The notes beneath the pieces are model-generated. The model had not been told where the DNA came from, did not search any database, and saw nothing but the letters and a program-made list of their open reading frames with translations. 32,000 nt of DNA from Pseudodesulfovibrio piezophilus C1TLV30 (GTDB lineage: Bacteria > Desulfobacterota > Desulfovibrionia > Desulfovibrionales > Desulfovibrionaceae), in assembly GCF_000341895.1 (NCBI RefSeq), contig NC_020409.1, forward strand, positions 1,500,001 through 1,532,000, read 5' to 3'. Position 1 is the first letter of the stretch, and each line of letters starts with the position of its first letter. Below are positions 25,728 through 32,000 of this stretch, in pieces. Both the position numbers and the translations under genes were made by a program.

Positions 25728-25753
25728 CGCGACTGGAACAAGGAGACAAAGAC

Positions 25754-27094
25754 ATGAGAAAGTCAATCCACATCATTCTTGCCATTATAGCCCTGATAAC
25801 CCTCACCGGCTGTGCGGGGAAGGCGAAAAGTGATCCTTCATTCAAGGAGTTTGCGTATGGAAAGAAAAAACAGGTCAATCTGACTGCCGAACAACATGAG
25901 AAGATAGCCGACGGCCTGATACGCCGCAAAAACTATGAGATGGCTTTCGTGCATTACAATACCGCCTTGGCCATCAGCCCCGACAATCTCGATATCAGGG
26001 TCAAGAAGGGAAATCTTCTTGTTCTCAAAGGATTGGACGAACAAGCCTTGAGTGAATTCATGAAGGTTCTTGGAAAAGACCCGGATCATGCCATCGCCAA
26101 TGCCAGTGCCGGTGCAGTGTATTTCCGTGCTGGATTATACAAGGAAGCCAGAGTCCATCTTGAAAAGGCTATCCGCCTCAACCCGCTGCTCTGGAAAGCG
26201 CATAATTATCTTGGCATCCTTGATGACCGGGACGGGAACTATGGCAGTGCCGTAGAAAATTTCACAGCGGCCCTCGATCTCAACCACACCGGAAGTTCCA
26301 CTGAAATCTACAACAATCTTGGTGTCGTACACATAGCACAGGACCAATACGAGCAAGCTGTGAACGCGTTCAGATCGGCCCTGAAGAACGGCGATGTCTC
26401 TTCCCGCACATACAACAATCTCGGCTTGGCTCTGGCTCGGATGAATCGACTGGATGAAGCATTGGAATCATTCAAGTACGCAGGGGGAGAATCCAGAGCG
26501 AACAACAATCTCGGCTATGTCCTTCTTGCTGACAACCACCCGGACAAAGCTATTCCCTATTTCAAACGGGCCATAGAACTCTCGCCCAATTTCTACGTCA
26601 AAGCTGCCGAGAATCTGAAACGCGCCCGTATGGCCACTCGGTTCAGGCTCGTTGCCAAGACCACTTCACAAAGCGGTTCCACCCCGAACCCTCTGCTCCC
26701 TGAGTCATTCCCCGACTCGGAGCAGAACACCGGCGGGCTTGCGGCATCTCCCGCAGTCGCAAGTCCGCCGCCATCCTCCATTCAGACTGTCTCGAGGATA
26801 CCGGAGGACGGGGATACTATAGAGAAGAAGAGCTATGGGCTCCATGTCAGCTCATGGCGAGATCACGAGTGGGCGTTCAACCACTGCGCCGAACTGAAAA
26901 AGCAAGGGTTCATCCCCTGGATCAACCAGGTGGACCTCGGCCCCAAGGGGCTCTGGTATCGGGTCCTCGTCGGCGATTACGACTCAATCGAGTCGGCGCA
27001 GGCCGCCCGGTCTGACGTCCTGACCGCCCTCAAACTCGACAGAGCCACAGTATACGAACGCATCATCCCTTCACAGAAGGACACCCATCTCTAA
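25754..27094 (+). CDS. TadD-like TPR lipoprotein with C-terminal SPOR domain
   Basis: Lipobox LTG/C and about 7 TPR units. A Pro/Ser-rich linker (aa ~300-355) is followed by a SPOR-like module YGLHVSSWRDHEWAFNHCAELKKQGF...GLWYRVLVGDYDSIESAQAA. Confidence 0.8.
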   Translation: MRKSIHIILAIIALITLTGCAGKAKSDPSFKEFAYGKKKQVNLTAEQHEKIADGLIRRKNYEMAFVHYNTALAISPDNLDIRVKKGNLLVLKGLDEQALSEFMKVLGKDPDHAIANASAGAVYFRAGLYKEARVHLEKAIRLNPLLWKAHNYLGILDDRDGNYGSAVENFTAALDLNHTGSSTEIYNNLGVVHIAQDQYEQAVNAFRSALKNGDVSSRTYNNLGLALARMNRLDEALESFKYAGGESRANNNLGYVLLADNHPDKAIPYFKRAIELSPNFYVKAAENLKRARMATRFRLVAKTTSQSGSTPNPLLPESFPDSEQNTGGLAASPAVASPPPSSIQTVSRIPEDGDTIEKKSYGLHVSSWRDHEWAFNHCAELKKQGFIPWINQVDLGPKGLWYRVLVGDYDSIESAQAARSDVLTALKLDRATVYERIIPSQKDTHL

Positions 27095-27142
27095 AAAAGG
27101 GACTCCTTGAAATCAGAAGAATGCGTACTGTCCCTTGAAATT

Positions 27143-27173
27143 CCGGCCGGGCACCCCTCCGCTGCCCGGCCGG
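27143..27173 (+). other. Perfect 11-bp GC-rich stem-loop after the last tad gene
   Basis: CCGGCCGGGCA-9 nt-TGCCCGGCCGG. There is no U-tract. It could be a terminator or an mRNA 3' stabiliser. Confidence 0.5.
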
Positions 27174-27280
27174 GACCGTCACAAGCCTTGTGTGACCTTC
27201 CCTTTTCACCCGGAATTCAATATGTTTGGGCGACCAACTGGGCCACGAACCGAAACTCGGCCCATCAGGAGGAACACCCT

Positions 27281-29422
27281 TTGGCCGAAGAGACCCGCCG
27301 TTTTCGCGTTCTCGCCGTGGATCACGACGAGGAAATGCTGACCCGATACCGGGATGTCCTTTGTTTCGAGGGTGAAGAGCCTGCGGAGCTGGAGGCTCTC
27401 TTCAATGATGACCTGCAACTTCCTTCACAGGAAGAAATCAGGGCGGAAGCGAACAACCCGATCTTCGAGGTTATTCCATGTCTCTCACCCGAGCAGGCCC
27501 TCTCCACCATGGCAAACTCCCTGGCGAAGAAAAACCCCTTTGCCATAGCCCTGGTGGAAGTTCATCTCGGCGGCAGGCCCACCATGGCCGGAATTGATCT
27601 GGCTGAAAAGATTCGCGCCCTGGATCACCATATCGAAATCGTGCTTCTCTCTTCCGAAGCCAGTGTACCGCTCAAGGAAATAAATAAACGGGTGTGTCCG
27701 CCCGAAAAGCTGCTCTATGTCCAAAAGCCTTTTCGCTCGGCCGAACTCAAACAGATAGCCGCATCGCTCTGCTCCAAACGGGACTTGGAAAATCGTCTCT
27801 ATGAACTCAATGAGACGCTGACCTCCAAAGTCGAAGCCCGAACAGCCGAACTGAACGCCGTCAACCGTCGCCTCAGGCTCGACATTGCCAAACGCGCCTC
27901 TGTTCTTCGCGAACTCCAGGCCAGTGAGCGTCGATACCGCATGCTTTTCGAAAAGGACATTACCGGCAATTTTGCCGCAGACGGTGACGGACTCATCCTT
28001 GATTGCAATGGAGCCTTTACCACTCTCTTCAACTTTGATTCCCCACAGGATGCGCATGGGCAAGACATTTTCACGCTGTGGGATATCATGGGAGCGTCCG
28101 AGCCACTGCATGAAATCATCGCAGGGCACCATCGCGTGACAAACCACGAAATCGTGCTCAGGCGCGGGGGCATCAACCAACACCTGCTGGCCAACTTCGA
28201 TACCGTTTTCAGCGAAGAAGGAAAGCTCGAAGAGCTTCGCGGATACATCTTCGACATGTCCGAACCGAAACGGCTTGAGGAACAGCTCCGGCAATCGCAA
28301 AAGATGGAAGCTCTGGGGACCCTGGCAGGGGGTATTGCCCATGATTTCAACAACATCCTCGGCGTCATTCTGGGCTATGCCGAGATCATCGAGAGTTCGG
28401 CCGAACCGGAATCCGGGCTTGAGCGCCGGGTCAGGGAGATTGCTCGAGCCGGAAAACGTGCCCGCGATCTCGTGAACCAGATTCTCAATTTTTCACGACA
28501 GGGACCACAGGAACGCCACCCCATGACCCTGACCCCCCTGATCAAGGAAGCCCTCAAGCTCCTGCGCTCAAGCATGCCGACCAACGTGGAAATCATCTCT
28601 CGCATGGAAACGGACCAGGACAGCGTCCTGGCCGACCCCACCCAAATGCATCAGATCATGCTCAACCTGTGCGCCAACGCATCCTATGCCATGAAGGCCA
28701 GGGGAGGCACGCTCACCGTAACGCTCACCGATGCTTCCCATGGTGATGAAATTTTCCCTTCAGAAGGATTGGGAAGTCCTGAGCGATTCGTACGTCTCTC
28801 GGTTTCAGACACGGGAAACGGCATCCCGACCGATGTTGTCGAACGAATTTTCGATCCATTTTTCACGACAAAAAAACAAGGCGAGGGGACTGGTATGGGG
28901 TTGGCCATGGTCCATGGTATCGTGAAAAGGCATGACGGCTATCTTGAACTTGAAAATCATCTGGGACAGGGAGCGACTTTCCATGTCTTCCTGCCCAAAA
29001 CAGCCATGGACGAACGCCCCGTCGCCGAAGCGACCAGCGAACTGGTCTTCCGTGAAGGCAGGATACTTTTCGTGGACGATGAAAAGCCACTTACCGATAT
29101 CGGGAGGGAAATGCTCGTCGCCTGTGGCTTTGAAGTGGTCACCCGCACCTCATCCATTGAGGCGCTCGAAGCTTTCAGGCACCGGGCCGGAGAGTACGAT
29201 CTGGTCATAACGGACCAGACCATGCCCAACATGAACGGCATGGAGTTGGCACGGGAGATATTGAAAATCCGTCCTGATATGCCGATTATTCTCTGTACTG
29301 GATTTTCCGATGCTGTCTCATATGACCGTCTCCGAGACATAGGTATTGGCGACTTCATCATGAAGCCCATACTCAAACATGATCTCATCGCCAGCATCAG
29401 CCGCCAACTGATTGGGCATTGA
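27281..29422 (+). CDS. Hybrid sensor histidine kinase (receiver-like domain, coiled coil, PAS, HisKA, HATPase, C-terminal REC)
   Basis: H-box is GGIAHDFNNILG; the ATPase domain has N and G boxes (DTGNGIP, GEGTGMGLA). C-terminal REC is ILFVDDE ... DLVITDQTMPNMNG ... KP. TTG 27281 has AGGAGG 8 nt upstream. The ORF-track start at 27107 is also TTG and would read through the 27143-27173 hairpin. Confidence 0.85.
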   Translation: MAEETRRFRVLAVDHDEEMLTRYRDVLCFEGEEPAELEALFNDDLQLPSQEEIRAEANNPIFEVIPCLSPEQALSTMANSLAKKNPFAIALVEVHLGGRPTMAGIDLAEKIRALDHHIEIVLLSSEASVPLKEINKRVCPPEKLLYVQKPFRSAELKQIAASLCSKRDLENRLYELNETLTSKVEARTAELNAVNRRLRLDIAKRASVLRELQASERRYRMLFEKDITGNFAADGDGLILDCNGAFTTLFNFDSPQDAHGQDIFTLWDIMGASEPLHEIIAGHHRVTNHEIVLRRGGINQHLLANFDTVFSEEGKLEELRGYIFDMSEPKRLEEQLRQSQKMEALGTLAGGIAHDFNNILGVILGYAEIIESSAEPESGLERRVREIARAGKRARDLVNQILNFSRQGPQERHPMTLTPLIKEALKLLRSSMPTNVEIISRMETDQDSVLADPTQMHQIMLNLCANASYAMKARGGTLTVTLTDASHGDEIFPSEGLGSPERFVRLSVSDTGNGIPTDVVERIFDPFFTTKKQGEGTGMGLAMVHGIVKRHDGYLELENHLGQGATFHVFLPKTAMDERPVAEATSELVFREGRILFVDDEKPLTDIGREMLVACGFEVVTRTSSIEALEAFRHRAGEYDLVITDQTMPNMNGMELAREILKIRPDMPIILCTGFSDAVSYDRLRDIGIGDFIMKPILKHDLIASISRQLIGH

Positions 29423-29484
29423 GCACACACTCCCACCCCATACAGCGGGAACTCCACGCCAAGAGCTGCGGGCAATGAAAGGAA

Positions 29485-31122
29485 TCAGTCCGGCAGAGAG
29501 GATATCGGTAGACTAAACGCAAAAACACTCCCCTCACCCACAACAGACTCAACCCAGATTCTCCCGTTGTGATGTTCCACTATTTCTTTACATATGGGCA
29601 ATCCCAATCCAGTTCCCTTGGGCTTATCTGTCAAGGTATTCCCCAGTTGGCGGAATTTATCAAAGATCAAAACGACTTCATCCGGCGGAACGCCGACACC
29701 GGTATCCGCGACTTCGACAACAAGGGTCTCATCTTCCACCCGAGCACCAAGTTTGACGATTCCCGCTTCAGTGAATTTGGCGGCATTGGATAACAGATTG
29801 ATGACAACCTGAATCATTCGATCCCTGTCACCCAGCACAGGCGGGAGGTCGGCCTCAATAGTACATTCCAGCTCGACACCGCTTTCCTGAAAAAGGACCT
29901 CAGTGGCAGCAATGGAATGTTCCAGTATCGCATTCATCGATATTTGAACCATATTCCATTCGAAGCCGCCCGCTTCAAGCTTGGCAAGGTCCAATACATT
30001 GTTGATCAGTTCCGTCAGGCGCTCCCCTTCGGAAATAACCACCTGGGTATTCGTATCAATCCGTTTCAGATGCGACGCAATCTCATCAGAACACCCAGTA
30101 GCATGTTCGAAGATGTCGAGAATTCTCTTCCGCGTAATCTTGGAAAATCCCAGAATAGACGTTAAGGGTGTCCTGAGTTCATGAGAAACCATTGAAATAA
30201 TACTCGACTTAAGCTGGCTGAGGCGTTCGGCTTCCAATTTGGCCTCCCGCAAGGCTGCAAGCGCCTGCCGTCTCGATGTAATATCTTCGGCCATGCCCTC
30301 TATGGAGGAAGGCACACCAAGCTCATCACGAACCAATCGGGAAGACAGGGAAAGCCAGCCAGTGGAACCATCCTTCCGGCGATATTCGATTTCAAAGGCC
30401 GAGACCTGGCCCCGAGCCGCAAGCCTGCCGAGAAATCGATCCCGATCCCCCTGGTGTACATACAGCTCATTTCCGAGGTCCGTATAGCCCTCCACAGCCT
30501 CACGGGGAGAAGAAAACCCGAGAAGACGGGCAAAAGCGGGATTGACCTCCAGCAGCACCCCGTCCATGGAAGATTGATACAACCCTTCCACGGCATTATT
30601 GAAAATGGAGCGGTATTTTTCCTCGGCAGCTTCCCGCACCAGAATCTCTCGCTGCAAACGCTGATTGGCAGTGCAGGCCAGACAAGCTCCGGCGAGTTTT
30701 CTGTTTATGGGAGCTAAAGCCTTGAGTTCGGGGAGGGAAAATCCCGGATCGCTTTTCACCAGCAGGAGCAAACCGTATCCGGGTAACTCCATGAGATAAT
30801 GCCTGAGTCCATCCCGGCATTCCTGCATTGGCAAAGAGAGCAAGAAATCGGACTTCGCTCCCGTCGAAAGCCCGCAAGGAATACTTTCGAGGCTTTCCCT
30901 GACCACGCTCTTTCGCTTCAGTCGCTTGGGAATGGAAAAGACCGATTCAAAGGAAGTGGTTTCATCACCTCCTTCTCGATTTTCGAGCACGATTCCCGCC
31001 AGACAATTGAGCTTCCTGAGATACGTTGACAACGCTTCCCTCAGCATAACCTCTAAATCCAGGCTATTGCCGATACCCATGGCTATTTCGTAAAAGATAC
31101 GTTCGCGAAGAAACGAGCTCAC
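29485..31122 (-). CDS. Cytoplasmic sensor histidine kinase (GAF-like N-domain, PAS, HisKA, HATPase)
   Basis: H-box is VSHELRTPLTSILGF. PAS segment is YRSIFNNAVEGLYQSS. G boxes are DTGVGVP and GTGLGLPICK. The GTG start overlaps the upstream stop (GTGA). Confidence 0.88.
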   Translation of the reverse strand: MSSFLRERIFYEIAMGIGNSLDLEVMLREALSTYLRKLNCLAGIVLENREGGDETTSFESVFSIPKRLKRKSVVRESLESIPCGLSTGAKSDFLLSLPMQECRDGLRHYLMELPGYGLLLLVKSDPGFSLPELKALAPINRKLAGACLACTANQRLQREILVREAAEEKYRSIFNNAVEGLYQSSMDGVLLEVNPAFARLLGFSSPREAVEGYTDLGNELYVHQGDRDRFLGRLAARGQVSAFEIEYRRKDGSTGWLSLSSRLVRDELGVPSSIEGMAEDITSRRQALAALREAKLEAERLSQLKSSIISMVSHELRTPLTSILGFSKITRKRILDIFEHATGCSDEIASHLKRIDTNTQVVISEGERLTELINNVLDLAKLEAGGFEWNMVQISMNAILEHSIAATEVLFQESGVELECTIEADLPPVLGDRDRMIQVVINLLSNAAKFTEAGIVKLGARVEDETLVVEVADTGVGVPPDEVVLIFDKFRQLGNTLTDKPKGTGLGLPICKEIVEHHNGRIWVESVVGEGSVFAFSLPISSLPD

Positions 31123-32000
31123 GCATCCTCCAGAAAGCCGACCACCGCGGTTTTATTGTAAAATTCGAGGTAATCCTTCCCGCTGTTGGCTATCTCACCA
31201 AGGCTGCATGCACCGGCAAACAGCGTCTCCTCGGGAACCATCGCAACAAGTTCATCTTCAAAGGCATCGTCCAAAAACAGCATGCGGGAAGCACAGTCCA
31301 TAATCAGCCCCAGGCCGGGCCTAACCGATTCCGGCAGGTCTCGTCTGGCCTTGGTCAGAGCCAACCCTGCGGCCTCTATGAGAGTCTTTGGCTGTCCGTG
31401 CAATATGTCCACATAGTCTCCCACCGGAACTTCACCCACGCAGATGAGGTTTCTGTCTCCGTCGAGAGTGATGGGGTCGCGGACAACCCGTTCCGTCCCC
31501 ATCTTGGCGATACCGAAAGGATAGGATTGGGCGATATCAAAAAACGGGCGCGAAATGAATTTTGTCCCGGAATGAGCTTCCACAACCTCTCTATACACCT
31601 CGAAAGCAGGCCGCCAATCCAATGTCTCAATGACATTGCCTCTGGATTCCGTCACCTTGTACGGCCCACTCACAGTAGTCCACCCATGACTAACACCAAT
31701 CCCGCTCCGTGCGGTCAATGCTGCGACCACGGCTCCATCCTGCTTGAGCCCTTCATTGGTGATGATGCAGGGCTTTTGTTGAAGGGAAAGCGATCCTGCT
31801 CCACCGCCGATATAGTTGATTTCGAGGCCGAAAACAGCATAGAGCGCATCAATGAACGCGCCAATTCGACTGGAAAGGCCATCCACCAGAATCATCAAGG
31901 TCTGCAACTGGTCGTCATCCTGAACCATCTCGTCGAGAACCTCTTCGAAATCCATATCGCTGCGACTCATGCCAGGGATAAAATCCACTCGGGCTTCCTC
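31119..32000 (-). CDS. FIST-domain sensory protein, N-terminus beyond window
   Basis: The frame stays open to the window edge. Composition and length fit FIST_N/FIST_C (GGGAGSLSLQQKP..., C-terminal GEIANSG). It is translationally coupled to the kinase downstream. Confidence 0.65.
   Translation of the reverse strand, partial: EEARVDFIPGMSRSDMDFEEVLDEMVQDDDQLQTLMILVDGLSSRIGAFIDALYAVFGLEINYIGGGAGSLSLQQKPCIITNEGLKQDGAVVAALTARSGIGVSHGWTTVSGPYKVTESRGNVIETLDWRPAFEVYREVVEAHSGTKFISRPFFDIAQSYPFGIAKMGTERVVRDPITLDGDRNLICVGEVPVGDYVDILHGQPKTLIEAAGLALTKARRDLPESVRPGLGLIMDCASRMLFLDDAFEDELVAMVPEETLFAGACSLGEIANSGKDYLEFYNKTAVVGFLEDA

Noticed and set aside
874-28368. Many long antisense or off-frame ORFs lie inside recognised genes (e.g. 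874-1527, 1541-2125, 5894-6517, 5964-6701, 15004-15549, 18438-19046, 19920-20519, 22468-23031, 27485-28342, 27799-28368).
   Set aside because: Each lies entirely within a confidently identified gene on the other strand or frame. They have Arg/Ser/Pro/Gly-rich translations typical of shadow ORFs in GC-rich coding DNA.
1-32000. I searched by eye for CRISPR arrays, tRNA/rRNA genes, IS elements, integrases, toxin-antitoxin pairs and known defence-system genes.
   Set aside because: I saw no regularly spaced repeats, tRNA-like T-arm motifs, transposase/integrase-like ORFs or nuclease/helicase/methylase-type ORFs. Every ORF over 90 aa outside known genes is accounted for above.

Overview
The window looks like a Desulfovibrio-type (Desulfobacterota) chromosome segment with four blocks. 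(1) nt 1-10,584 is a tightly packed + strand aromatic amino acid/tryptophan supraoperon. It runs archaeal-type 3-dehydroquinate synthase II (5'-truncated), pheA, aroA, tyrA, trpE-G-D-C-F-B-A, and ends in a perfect bidirectional terminator. (2) nt 10,585-12,107 is a visibly AT-richer spacer with two convergent genes of unknown role, a 4-TM protein and an unknown-N-domain TPR protein. (3) nt 12,108-27,094 is a complete Tad/Flp pilus locus. A minus-strand operon encodes tadE-like, vWA-containing tadG-like and tadE/F-like proteins. It diverges from a sigma-54 enhancer-binding response regulator, followed by a PAP2-like membrane protein and then flp, tadV, cpaB, cpaC, two small ORFs, tadZ/cpaE, tadA/cpaF, tadB, tadC and a TPR-SPOR lipoprotein. 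(4) nt 27,095-32,000 encodes a hybrid histidine kinase (+) converging on a FIST protein/histidine kinase pair (-). The most unusual signal is between tyrA and trpE. The last nine codons of tyrA read WWWRHEQTY-stop and are followed immediately by mutually exclusive antiterminator/terminator hairpins with a T7 tract. This looks like a Trp attenuator that uses the tail of a full-length enzyme gene as its leader peptide. Second, canonical sigma-54 promoters sit in front of both flp and the divergent pseudopilin operon, flanking the enhancer-binding protein gene. I saw no CRISPR array, tRNA/rRNA, transposase/integrase or recognisable defence system. All calls rest on reading the sequence and ORF translations and on motif recognition from memory; no searches or folding programs were run.
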